The notes beneath the pieces are model-generated. The model did no database searches. It saw nothing but the letters and a program-made list of their open reading frames with translations, and was not told where the DNA came from. From the IMG/VR virus record IMGVR_UViG_3300014638_000001: a stretch of DNA of 64,000 nt; one strand, written 5' to 3'. Origin of the DNA: a virus. Below, piece after piece: positions 53,950 through 63,009 of this stretch. The position numbers and the translations under genes were made by a program. The number at the start of each line of letters is the position of its first letter. The first letter of the stretch is position 1.

Positions 53950-56900
53950 ATGGCCGATACAGATTACAATCCGTTTGCCGGGATAGAGCCTGCCAGGCCG
54001 CGTCAAGTTCAGGTCGAACCTCGTAATATTCCACAGCGTTACAACAACCCTGGCAACCTGCGCGACCCCGTGACAAAGCAGTTCAAATACTTCAACACCA
54101 CACAAGAAGGTTGGCGCGCACTTCGTGAAGATTTATCAGCAAAGATGACCGGTAAGACCAAAACCGGCCTGACGCCGAATAGCACACTCTATGAATTCGC
54201 CCAAATCTATGCACCTGACAAGGATAGGAATGACCCGAAAGCTTACGCAGAATTCATCGCTGGCGAATTGAAAGTCAAGACCGATACTCCGATCGGCCGC
54301 CTCGGTGACAAGGTGGACCAGTTTGCCAAAGTAGTTGCAACCAAAGAGGGCTTTTTTGATCGCCCAAGGACGGCGGCAAGGCCGGCGAAGGTAGCGGCTA
54401 AGCCAAGCGCAGAATACAATCCATTCGACGAATCTTCGGTACCACAGCAAGAAGAAGCCAAGCCCGAGAAACCACGCGAACCGCAAAACTTCTGGACGAC
54501 TTCGGTATTCCGACCGGTTGGCAGTGAATCATTCAAAGAAACCTCGGACAAGTATCTGACGGCCCTGAGAGAACAACTGCCGGAATCATTGCGCGGCAAC
54601 TACGCCGTGGGCCTCGCAGAAGAAGCTGCCAAGCTGCCGGCCGAGATGTTCGAATTCATCACGTCGCCAGCCGGGATTGCTCTAGCCGCAATCAACGGGA
54701 GCCGGTACACGGCGATTGGAAAATACACGGCACCAGTGGCGGCTGCAGTAGATGTTGGCTTCGGTCTGCAACAAGGAGCACAAGCGATAACGGGCGGCGT
54801 GCAGATTGCCATGGGGGATCACTCTCCCGCACGTGTCGTAGAAACAATTTCGGCTGCCGCGTTTGGCGCCGCTGGTGTTACTGCGGGCAAGAAAGTCTGG
54901 GGAAAAACCTCAACTTATGGTCCCGACCTCACGGCACGCACCGAGAGGAAACAGCAGATCATCGCCGAGACGGATCTAAGCAAAATCAAGGACGATCCCA
55001 ACCGAGCTATTTCTAAGTTCCTGACCATGGCTCCGGAAACTCGCGGCGAAAAGATTCGTGCTTGGATCTATCAAAATGGGCCGCGCAGCGTGGCGGCAAT
55101 GGCTAATATCCGAAGGACACAACTCGGCGAAATCGCCATGGATGTGCAACGTGATCGCCTGGAGTATCTCAAGGTAGCAGAGCAAAACCGAAATTACACG
55201 GCAGCCCAGCTCCGTCGAATCGTTCCGGCAGATGAATTAAAGATCGATAAGATGGGCTATGCCATCCAGGGCAGTATTTCAGAGAGCGAGCTCTCGCCGG
55301 CGGCTAGGAAGGGTTTAGGCATACATCGCGAATTCCAGCGCAATGAAGTCGCGAGACTTAAGGAAGCGCACGGGGAAGAAATCGAGCTCCAGGATGCTGA
55401 TGCCTACATCAACCAAGCTTGGGACATGGATGATTTGGCAAGGCAAGTTGCTGGGCGAAAAGGCCGTCCCGTAGATCAGGACTGGGTGACAAGATCGGCC
55501 ACGAGGGGCATTCTGCGTGATCGCAACCTGACCAGGCGTGTCATCCCGGACTATAGAACCGGCATGGAAGAAGGCATCGAGATCGATGGCGAGAACTACA
55601 AGTTGAAACCGCGTTATGACAACATCGTTGACGTCATGAAAGCGCGGGATGAAGTACTTTCGAATGCGATCGCCAACAAACGTCTCGCCGATGTAGTGCG
55701 CTCGATGGCTGGCATTTTGAGCGAGGATGAAGCAGAGCAGTTGGGTGTTCGGTCGTTCTACAAGAAAGCGCCAGAAGCAACCGCGTTATACAAAGCAACC
55801 TACGCCGGAACGACCAAGGCTGGAGAGGTTATCAGGGAACGCCGTCCCATTTACGTGCACCCCGATTTAGAGATGCTTGTGAAGGCGGTTTTTGACAAGC
55901 CTTATACCACGGGTAAACCATGGTTAATTCGACTGGAACGTGCCCGCAGCGGGCAGAAACGGATGGCATTCAATCTCTCATTCTTTCACCCAGGTGCTAT
56001 CAGTGAGCAGGCTCAGGCAGCAAACGTATTTGCACAGAGCCCATTGAAGACTATCGGGCAATTCTGGTTTCTGAACCCGGAGTATCGTAAGGGCTGGGCG
56101 AACTCACTGTGGCGAGTCGCGCATAAGGAAGGAGTGCCACCATACGATCCGCCGGCGCTGCGACCGGACATGCAAGGTCCATTTTTAGAGATGGTCGAAC
56201 ATGGTGTGCAGCTCATGACTCGTGGCCAGAGAGAAGCTGTGCTCGGATGGATCAAAGACAAAAGTCCAGAAATGGCACATGGGTCGCTACAGAAAGCTGC
56301 GCAGATCGCACACATTACCGAAGAGCCCCTGTGGGATTTCTATAATCAATCCGTACAAGTGGCAACCTGGAATAATTTGGTTGACGCTGAATTGAAGGCA
56401 CTTGAGAAGCGAAATCCGAATCCGACAGCCCTGCAAATCAAAGAAGTCAAGCGCACCGTGGCTGACTTCATAAACAATGCCTATGGTTCCATCAACATGG
56501 AGGCACTCCTCATGGACCCGCGGGCGCGATACTGGACGCAGATGTTGGTCTTGGCGCCATCTTGGACAATGTCCAACCTTCGCACGCCGTTGATGATTTT
56601 TGAGAATGCCACAGGCACTCGTCTGGCGAGCAGGTGGGCTATGGGTGCAGCCTTCACTTGGTTTTTGACGTTGCAAACCATGAACTATGCCATGACGAAA
56701 TGGTACAACGCCCCCGATAAGAATGGAAAGACGGGCGGACATTTCACATGGGACAACCCAGGGCCGCCGATGACTTCCCTCGGGCAGGTCGGTATGCGTG
56801 CGGTCCCGAACGTGAATGCCCTCCGGATTTATGTTGGCAAAAACGCAGAGAGTGGCGCTGAAGAGTACATCACGCTGGGGAAGAATTTCGTTGAACCGGC

Positions 56901-57456
56901 CAAGTTATTCATCGATCCAGCACGTTATTTGGGGTCGAAGTCCGGCAGTATTATTGAGCAGGCCGCTGTGCAGGCTACCGGCTATGCTCCTGGAACCGGC
57001 TACAAAGAGATCGACACCAGCCATGGCTCCTGGAATAGAAAGTCGCTAGTGCAGCGTATTGCTGCGCTCACGGGCATCTACATCCCAATTTCGCTGCGGC
57101 CGGTGCTGCAATCCGGTGAACACGCGCTGGCGCCAGGAATCTTTCCGAAGCCAAACCTGTCGGCGAGCCCGCTTGGTTACCCGATTGGACATGGAGCGAC
57201 AAAACCCCAGCTTGTTGCCGCACTTAAACTTGCTATGGAGGCTGGTGACCAAGAAGTGATTCAGCAATTGGCCGTGGTCGCGCGCATGAACAACATCCCA
57301 TTCAAGGGTGCAAACTCGGTTTGGCAGCAATATCGACGGGAAGAAACGGCAGAACGTAAACAAATTGGTGGGCATCACGTTACGTCTGGCGCATTTGGCG
57401 GTAATCTTGGTGGTGAAGAGCCGCCAGCCGCCAGAGAGGTAAACCCGTTCGAGTAA
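53950..57456 (+). CDS. large internal virion protein with N-terminal lysozyme-like domain, 1168 aa
   Basis: RYNNPGNLR..FNTTQEGWRAL..YAP..NDPKAY. Confidence 0.78.
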   Translation: MADTDYNPFAGIEPARPRQVQVEPRNIPQRYNNPGNLRDPVTKQFKYFNTTQEGWRALREDLSAKMTGKTKTGLTPNSTLYEFAQIYAPDKDRNDPKAYAEFIAGELKVKTDTPIGRLGDKVDQFAKVVATKEGFFDRPRTAARPAKVAAKPSAEYNPFDESSVPQQEEAKPEKPREPQNFWTTSVFRPVGSESFKETSDKYLTALREQLPESLRGNYAVGLAEEAAKLPAEMFEFITSPAGIALAAINGSRYTAIGKYTAPVAAAVDVGFGLQQGAQAITGGVQIAMGDHSPARVVETISAAAFGAAGVTAGKKVWGKTSTYGPDLTARTERKQQIIAETDLSKIKDDPNRAISKFLTMAPETRGEKIRAWIYQNGPRSVAAMANIRRTQLGEIAMDVQRDRLEYLKVAEQNRNYTAAQLRRIVPADELKIDKMGYAIQGSISESELSPAARKGLGIHREFQRNEVARLKEAHGEEIELQDADAYINQAWDMDDLARQVAGRKGRPVDQDWVTRSATRGILRDRNLTRRVIPDYRTGMEEGIEIDGENYKLKPRYDNIVDVMKARDEVLSNAIANKRLADVVRSMAGILSEDEAEQLGVRSFYKKAPEATALYKATYAGTTKAGEVIRERRPIYVHPDLEMLVKAVFDKPYTTGKPWLIRLERARSGQKRMAFNLSFFHPGAISEQAQAANVFAQSPLKTIGQFWFLNPEYRKGWANSLWRVAHKEGVPPYDPPALRPDMQGPFLEMVEHGVQLMTRGQREAVLGWIKDKSPEMAHGSLQKAAQIAHITEEPLWDFYNQSVQVATWNNLVDAELKALEKRNPNPTALQIKEVKRTVADFINNAYGSINMEALLMDPRARYWTQMLVLAPSWTMSNLRTPLMIFENATGTRLASRWAMGAAFTWFLTLQTMNYAMTKWYNAPDKNGKTGGHFTWDNPGPPMTSLGQVGMRAVPNVNALRIYVGKNAESGAEEYITLGKNFVEPAKLFIDPARYLGSKSGSIIEQAAVQATGYAPGTGYKEIDTSHGSWNRKSLVQRIAALTGIYIPISLRPVLQSGEHALAPGIFPKPNLSASPLGYPIGHGATKPQLVAALKLAMEAGDQEVIQQLAVVARMNNIPFKGANSVWQQYRREETAERKQIGGHHVTSGAFGGNLGGEEPPAAREVNPFE

Positions 57457-57457
57457 G

Positions 57458-60262
57458 GTGATCTTTATGCCCGATATGACGGTCAGCAAATACGTTAAAG
57501 CGTTCACTTCGGTGCTCGCGGATCCAGATCCAAAGTTCGACAAATACCGTGAGTTTGCTACGCAAATTGAAAATGACCCCAAATACAAGAACGGCATCAG
57601 TGCCAATGATTTCGCACTGATGCTCCAAGCGCAGTTCCCGAAATCTGATGTCCATATCACCGATTTGAAAGTCCCCAGCGCCCCCAGCGCCGGCGGTGGC
57701 GATTATTTGTCGGCATTGAAGCGCGGTTTTCATGAAGGCTCACAGGCCCTGGACGTGGCATACGCCAACCTTGCCGGCCTCGGTTCTGCCGGGCTGGAAG
57801 GCATCTCCAGATTGCCAGTTCCTGGGATGCAAAGAGTCGCCCCGGAGCAGGACCCGCTGCGGACGGGTGAAAAATATCTCCGCGGCTTGGCACAGCGTGA
57901 AGGCGCACGCGCACAGGCTATTCCGGAATCTCGCGGTGTTGGACCAAATATTGCCGAGGCGATTCCAGAAACAGCCGGGTCTCTTGTCCCGGCTTTAATT
58001 GGGGCTGAAGCCGGCGGGCTACCAGGCATGGCCACGGCGGCCGGTGTGCAATCGGCGGAGCAGGGGCCACTGCCCGCCGGAGCGGCGATGCTGGCGACCG
58101 AGATGGTGGGTAAAACCGTGCCGGGGGTGGAACGGCGGGCAGCTAAAATCATTGGTGAACCAGCCGCGCGTTGGGCGGTCCCGGCGGCTTATGGCGCCGC
58201 GGCCGGTGGTGGAAGCTATCTCCGCGGCGCCTCACCAGAAAAAGCTCTAGCGCAGGGCCTTGTCACCGGCGGTATGGCCGCTACGCAAACTAGCCGTGGC
58301 GAACCAAAAGCTAAGACGACCGAAACTGCTGCGCCGAAAGGTGAATCTCCACCGGCGGCCCGCGAGCCAGGCCAGATTGATCGTACCGATTGGCCGGCTG
58401 ATGTTCGTTCACTGCCAAAAGAACAACTCGAGGGTGCCTATCGGGCGGCTTACCACAAAACGCAGGAACTCCAGCCAAGGATGGATTTGGCGGATACCGC
58501 CTTAAGTGAGGCTCGTGCACGGCTGAAGAGCTATGAGGCCGAAAAGGACAAGCTGGATTTCAGTCCAACTCCGACATCAACCAAGGAATCCACAAGGATC
58601 GATAAGGATATTGCCGAGCAGAAAGATCACATCAAAAAACTTGAAGAACGGCACCGCGTACTAAGCGCGGAGTATCGTAGATGGTCCAGCGCTTTCGGGG
58701 AGGCTCGCGATCGTGCCCAATTTGAAAAGGCACCATGGTATTACGCGCAACCGCCGGCCGTCAGGGAAGAAGTTGGAGCGCCACAACAAAAGGCACTCGT
58801 GCGACAACAACCAACCGAAGTCGCTAAACAGCAACCGCCGATAAACGTACCACCGCAATACGGGGCAGAGCAATCTGGGCCTATCCGACAGCCGGGCACA
58901 GTGCTCGCCGGAGAACTCGCCGCTGCGCCAGTGGCTCGTGCGCCGTACCGGCAGCCAGGCCAGCCGCAAGCCCGTGTCGGCGCCGGGCAGGAGCCGGCCC
59001 AACTGCCGCCGGGCACTCAACCATTTGAGATGATGGGCGCTCAGCCGCCAATGCCACGTGGTCGCAGAATCGAAGCTGGCGAACCAACAAGCGTGCGTGA
59101 GGCGATTGCAGAAAAACCGAAGGCGTCTGTCGAAAAACGTGAGGCGTCCGTAGGCAAACTAGCACCTAAAAAGGCCGCGGAGCCGCCAAAAGCCAGAGTC
59201 GCCAAGACAGCAGAACCACCGAAGGCGCGCCGTGAAGCCAAAGCCGCCACGAAGGCCGCGGAGCCGCGCAGTTTGACTGCTGGTACGCACTACGTGGTCA
59301 AGGACACCAACCCGGATCTCGGCCTGTACAAGGGCGAAACCGTGATCTACAGCGGCCCATACGGCGGCAAGTACGGTTTCGACGTCATCGACCCGGACAC
59401 CGGCCAAAAGAGTCTGATGCAGATTGAAGCTTCGACGCCCATGAAGGACATCCTGGACAATCTCGAAGAGCCAGGCGAAAAAAAAAAGAGACCAGGTGAC
59501 AAACACCTCGGAGACTCCCCGCAGGCGGTAAAGGCGAAGGCTGAAGAACAGCCCAGTATTCTGGGCGAGATTAAAAACAAGATCGGCGAATGGCTTGGGC
59601 CGAACGTACCACGCGAGGAAGCAACCGGCGAGAAAGTGCCCCAAGGTGAAGGCGATTACAGCGTGGCGTATTCGCGTGCCACACGTCGGCCGATTATCAT
59701 GGCCCATTCCAAAGAGGAAATGGACAAGCTCGCGGGAGGCGACTACGGCGCCACGTTCCTGAAACCTGGCGACGTCGGGGTAGGCGGTGGGCCGCTCGCT
59801 CAGGTGGTCCGCAAATCGCTCCGTGAAGGCCCGGTCTCTGTAGTCGGTCCGGATGTGGCAGCGCCAATGGAGCCGGCAACACCCGGCAAAATGCAAGGCA
59901 CGGTGCAGCACGAGGTCATCCACCAGATGCTCGGTGAAACCAAGGTGCCCACGGAAAAGTTCCTGTCAGCGCTGCCGCCGGATATCGCGGAGCCCATGCG
60001 CGCGCATCTGACCAAGAATTTTCCGAAGTCGAAGTGGGGCGAGGAAATCCCCGCGCACCTCGGCGCTTCGGGCGTGGTGGCGCCAGGCTCGGATCCGCGT
60101 GTCAACCAGGCGGAAACGATCGGCCTCTCGCCGGAACAGGCGCAAAAGGCATGGAAGGTCTATTTGTCACTATTAGCCAAGCAGGATCCCAAGAAAGCGG
60201 CTAAACTGAAAGCGCACATGGGTGCGGACACGGATGCGACGCCGCCGGCGTCAAGGAAATAA
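57458..60262 (+). CDS. large internal virion protein, 934 aa
   Basis: Long ORF adjacent to the previous gene. Confidence 0.75.
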   Translation: MIFMPDMTVSKYVKAFTSVLADPDPKFDKYREFATQIENDPKYKNGISANDFALMLQAQFPKSDVHITDLKVPSAPSAGGGDYLSALKRGFHEGSQALDVAYANLAGLGSAGLEGISRLPVPGMQRVAPEQDPLRTGEKYLRGLAQREGARAQAIPESRGVGPNIAEAIPETAGSLVPALIGAEAGGLPGMATAAGVQSAEQGPLPAGAAMLATEMVGKTVPGVERRAAKIIGEPAARWAVPAAYGAAAGGGSYLRGASPEKALAQGLVTGGMAATQTSRGEPKAKTTETAAPKGESPPAAREPGQIDRTDWPADVRSLPKEQLEGAYRAAYHKTQELQPRMDLADTALSEARARLKSYEAEKDKLDFSPTPTSTKESTRIDKDIAEQKDHIKKLEERHRVLSAEYRRWSSAFGEARDRAQFEKAPWYYAQPPAVREEVGAPQQKALVRQQPTEVAKQQPPINVPPQYGAEQSGPIRQPGTVLAGELAAAPVARAPYRQPGQPQARVGAGQEPAQLPPGTQPFEMMGAQPPMPRGRRIEAGEPTSVREAIAEKPKASVEKREASVGKLAPKKAAEPPKARVAKTAEPPKARREAKAATKAAEPRSLTAGTHYVVKDTNPDLGLYKGETVIYSGPYGGKYGFDVIDPDTGQKSLMQIEASTPMKDILDNLEEPGEKKKRPGDKHLGDSPQAVKAKAEEQPSILGEIKNKIGEWLGPNVPREEATGEKVPQGEGDYSVAYSRATRRPIIMAHSKEEMDKLAGGDYGATFLKPGDVGVGGGPLAQVVRKSLREGPVSVVGPDVAAPMEPATPGKMQGTVQHEVIHQMLGETKVPTEKFLSALPPDIAEPMRAHLTKNFPKSKWGEEIPAHLGASGVVAPGSDPRVNQAETIGLSPEQAQKAWKVYLSLLAKQDPKKAAKLKAHMGADTDATPPASRK

Positions 60263-60265
60263 AAG

Positions 60266-60283
60266 TACTCCTATATAGGAGTG
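60266..60283. repeat. 18-bp palindrome, copy 9 (17/18), intergenic
   Basis: tACTCCTATATAGGAGTG. Confidence 0.92.
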
Positions 60284-60298
60284 AAAAAGGAGAAAGCG

Positions 60299-61099
60299 AT
60301 GAAATCACTGGTGCTTCTTGTACTCATTGCCGGCTTGGCTGCGGCGCAAACGGCTACCGTTACCGGCACGGCCACGATTAACGGTTCGCCGGAATCCGCC
60401 AATGTCACACTGACGATTCTGCCGAAGTCCACCGTCTCGATTGCATTACCCACGAGCGCAACGAATACGACGGCGGGCTCAACGGTGAACCTGGTGATCG
60501 TGATGACGACCACCAGAATGCAGCCTGCGGCTCTGCAGTTCTCGGTGAGCGGACCATCGACAACCTTCAGCAGTTTGACCGTCACGGCAGGCGCCGGAGC
60601 CACAGCGGCCGGCAAAAGCATCACGTGCGCCGCGCCGACCACGCCGGTAGCTGGGACCGTCCAGCAAAACTGTGTTCTGGCTGGAGTTAACACTACGACG
60701 ATTCCGACCGGAGCCCAGATCGCGACCGTAGCCGCAGTGGTGTTGGCAACGGCGCCGGCGGGCACCGTCAGTGTGACACTTTCCGCCTTGACCGTGTCAA
60801 ATGTCTTCGGGTACGGTATGGTCTCAACCATCTCCACTGCCACCGCCTCGGTGGTAGTCTCGCCAACCATGGCCTTGAACTGCGCGCCGGATACCAACTC
60901 TGTGCCGAATGCGCTGGCAAACCAACTTGAACCTGGGGAGCAGTTGACCTGCAGCGTAACGCTTAGCGCGCCAGTGACGGCCGCAACGACCGTTACATTG
61001 AGCTCGAGCGCGACGCTCGATCCTGGCGCCACGGTGCCGGCTTCGGTGTCGATCGCCAGCGGTGCTACCAGCCAGACCTTCACAGCAACGGGAATTTAA
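60299..61099 (+). CDS. secreted T/A/V-rich protein with cohesin/Ig-like domains
   Basis: AAGGAG SD; signal MKSLVLLVLIAGLAAA|Q; PAALQFSV..AGAGATAAGKSITC. Confidence 0.72.
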   Translation: MKSLVLLVLIAGLAAAQTATVTGTATINGSPESANVTLTILPKSTVSIALPTSATNTTAGSTVNLVIVMTTTRMQPAALQFSVSGPSTTFSSLTVTAGAGATAAGKSITCAAPTTPVAGTVQQNCVLAGVNTTTIPTGAQIATVAAVVLATAPAGTVSVTLSALTVSNVFGYGMVSTISTATASVVVSPTMALNCAPDTNSVPNALANQLEPGEQLTCSVTLSAPVTAATTVTLSSSATLDPGATVPASVSIASGATSQTFTATGI

Positions 61100-61110
61100 G
61101 GAGGTACAAG

Positions 61111-61293
61111 ATGCCTTCCAGCCAAGTGATGCACGAGTGGAAAGCGGGTCGGCTTCACAGTGGCCGTGGCAAGAAGACGGCCAGTGGCCGCAGGAAAAAA
61201 GGTCCGATCGTCAAGAAGCGGAATCAGGCTATTGCGATCAAGATGTCGATGGAGCGCAAGGAAAAGAAAGCCCGCAAAAAGACCCGCCGGTGA
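61111..61293 (+). CDS. small basic protein (DUF6496-like), 60 aa
   Basis: AAGGAGG SD; VMHEWKAGRLHSG..GPIVKKRNQAIAI. Confidence 0.75.
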   Translation: MPSSQVMHEWKAGRLHSGRGKKTASGRRKKGPIVKKRNQAIAIKMSMERKEKKARKKTRR

Positions 61294-61554
61294 TATACTG
61301 GCCGCAAGTAGTACCCAATCTGTTAGGGAGTGGGCAGGCAGGTCGTGAGATATTCCTGCCCACGTGCCGGGTAGTGGCTACTGATGCGTTGGTTAAATAT
61401 GCACTTGGCCGCGTGACTGCTCCGACCGAACCTCTGGACTTCCGCATAAAGATTCACGTACAATTGCATCGTAGCAAATTTGGCAACGAAATTTTCATCG
61501 AGTGGTTTCATCGCTCGTAATTTGTTGCAAGCAAATACAATGAGTACGTTGTTA

Positions 61555-61584
61555 TTGCAATTTCACTTGCGTTTTCTGTACCAT
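61555..61584 (+). promoter_or_regulatory. sigma70-like promoter TTGCAA-18-TACCAT facing the 33-aa peptide gene (possible antisense RNA)
   Basis: AT-rich context, TG extended -10. Confidence 0.4.
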
Positions 61585-61656
61585 CAGTTTGTACGTGCTG
61601 CGTTTTTCGGTAAGCCGTAAAAACGGCGACCATTTTGGCGACATTGAAAAAGGCCC

Positions 61657-61758
61657 TCACCAGTTTTGAGGCCAGTGGGGGCAGGGTGTTATCCAGACCA
61701 GAACCACAGCAGCTACGCCGGGCCTGATCTGGATAATCAGGAGGGCAACGAGTTGCAT
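61657..61758 (-). CDS. 33-aa hydrophobic peptide MQLVALLIIQIRPGVAAVVLVWITPCPHWPQNW
   Basis: GGAG SD 8 nt upstream; stop lies in a GGCC..GGCC-TTTTT terminator hairpin. Confidence 0.55.
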   Translation of the reverse strand: MQLVALLIIQIRPGVAAVVLVWITPCPHWPQNW

Positions 61759-61820
61759 CGTTGCTTCTCCATTCTCCGAGGGTATATTTCAGGGCTGCAA
61801 CCCTGAGTCACCTCGGGAAT

Positions 61821-61914
61821 TGGTGCGGTGGGGGTGGGAGTTGCACCCACAAATCCCCCCTTAGGAGATTACGGTTTAAAAGACCGTTCGGCTAGCTGAT
61901 TGCCATCCCCACCG
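61821..61914 (-). tRNA. class II (long variable arm) tRNA-like gene with UUU anticodon and extended acceptor stem
   Basis: CGGTGGGG/CCCCACCG; D-stem GGC/GCC lacking GG; ACGGT-CTTTTAA-ACCGT; 7-bp V-arm; GTGGG-TGCAACT-CCCAC; ends GCACCA. Confidence 0.75.
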
Positions 61915-61968
61915 TTGCTCTAAAGATTCTCACAAAAAACGCTAAACACGGCAATACCGCTCCCTGGG

Positions 61969-62415
61969 TCAGCTTTTTTTGCGCTCGTGCTTCCTGTGTT
62001 CAGCCCATTGCTGAATGAATACCTTGTGGTCCGGGGTGACGCATGTGCCCTTGTAGTCGTTATCAAACGCGGAAGGCATGGCCGCCCGAAGAGATGCCGT
62101 AAGATTGGGTGCCGGTTCTGTTCTGAGCAAGACCAGATTTTCTAAGGCTTCCGCCTCAGCTTGGCCGAGAGAGTCGAGCCATCGTTTCATCTTTACTTTG
62201 TAGCGTTTGCGCTTCCACCAACCCATACACCAGGCTGTGATTCTCCCTGTAAGGTCAACGAAAATAAGGAATAGAACCAGCACCTCGATGACGAGCATCC
62301 ATTCATCGACTGGTCTGGTATCAGGGCCTAGTATGTGCCGCAGGGTGTCCAGCATAATCAGCAAGACAACCAGCAGTCTAGCAAGGCTAGGCCATTTTGG
62401 GGCAGACCAACGCAT
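61969..62415 (-). CDS. membrane protein (two TM) inside the cassette; start uncertain (first ATG lies in the TIR)
   Basis: LLVVLLIMLDTL..WMLVIEVLVLFLIFVDLTG. Confidence 0.6.
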   Translation of the reverse strand: MRWSAPKWPSLARLLVVLLIMLDTLRHILGPDTRPVDEWMLVIEVLVLFLIFVDLTGRITAWCMGWWKRKRYKVKMKRWLDSLGQAEAEALENLVLLRTEPAPNLTASLRAAMPSAFDNDYKGTCVTPDHKVFIQQWAEHRKHERKKS

Positions 62416-62441
62416 CAGTAGCCACTACCACGTGCCGCACG

Positions 62442-62606
62442 TCAAATTCGGTTCTCACCAAACTTCCGCTTGAGTTTATCCTCAGCCGCGCGCATCATTC
62501 GCTCACGGCGCTCTCTCTGGTTAAGCCGCTTGGCAACACGAGCTTGCTGGCGAGTCATGTAGCCTTCCACTTCAGCGTGCACCTTGTCTCGCCGCTTTTT
62601 ACGCAT
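62442..62606 (-). CDS. small basic protein, 54 aa (MRKKRRDKVHAEVEGYMTRQQ...)
   Basis: Overlaps the hydrolase stop; not in the ORF track. Confidence 0.55.
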   Translation of the reverse strand: MRKKRRDKVHAEVEGYMTRQQARVAKRLNQRERRERMMRAAEDKLKRKFGENRI

Positions 62607-63009
62607 GGTAGAAACGGACACCGTCGAGCTGCACCGTCATCTTGTCTACAGCGAACCAGGGATCTCGAGCACGCACTGCGTCGAGCTGATCGAGCGGTTC
62701 GGATTCCCAATAGACAGCGCCGCCCGTGGTATCGGTTGTGACCTGTGCCGGGATCTGTTCGATCTCCTGCCAGGCAGCCCAGTCTTCTGGAATCCCGTCA
62801 TTAGCGAACACGGCATCGGTGCTCCCTGGATTGAACGAGGAGACCTGTTCCGGTTGGAGAATGCAGCGCACTAGCGTGGGGCGAAAAGGAGCCATCCCAA
62901 CCCGGTTGTGCAGCGCCCACCAAATGCCGATACGCGCGGCCTGGGATTGGCCGCGAGCTTCCCGGAAGATTGCAATCAAACACAGCCACACTTCGTAAGT
63001 GAAAGTCAT
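62599..63009 (-). CDS. SleB/Hydrolase_2-type cell wall hydrolase (endolysin candidate)
   Basis: CLIAIFREARGQ..HNRV..QVSSFN..TTGGAVYW..GVRFYH. Confidence 0.85.
   Translation of the reverse strand: MTFTYEVWLCLIAIFREARGQSQAARIGIWWALHNRVGMAPFRPTLVRCILQPEQVSSFNPGSTDAVFANDGIPEDWAAWQEIEQIPAQVTTDTTGGAVYWESEPLDQLDAVRARDPWFAVDKMTVQLDGVRFYHA

Larger units (their letters stand above)
61362..62437. mobile_element. non-autonomous insertion cassette 61370-62429 (1,060 bp): 24-bp perfect TIRs, 8-bp target duplication, no transposase
   Basis: GGTAGTGGCTACTGATGCGTTGGT at 61370-61393, its reverse complement at 62406-62429; ACGTGCCG direct repeats at 61362-61369 and 62430-62437. Confidence 0.88.

Noticed and set aside
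61062-61520. 152-aa ORF (or GTG-start 61290..61520)
   Set aside because: Overlaps the real 61111 gene and reads across the cassette's left TIR, so it is a chimeric frame.
61871-61887. Reading the odd tRNA as an ochre suppressor (TTA) or Leu(TAA)
   Set aside because: The loop on the minus strand is CTTTTAA, so positions 34-36 are TTT.
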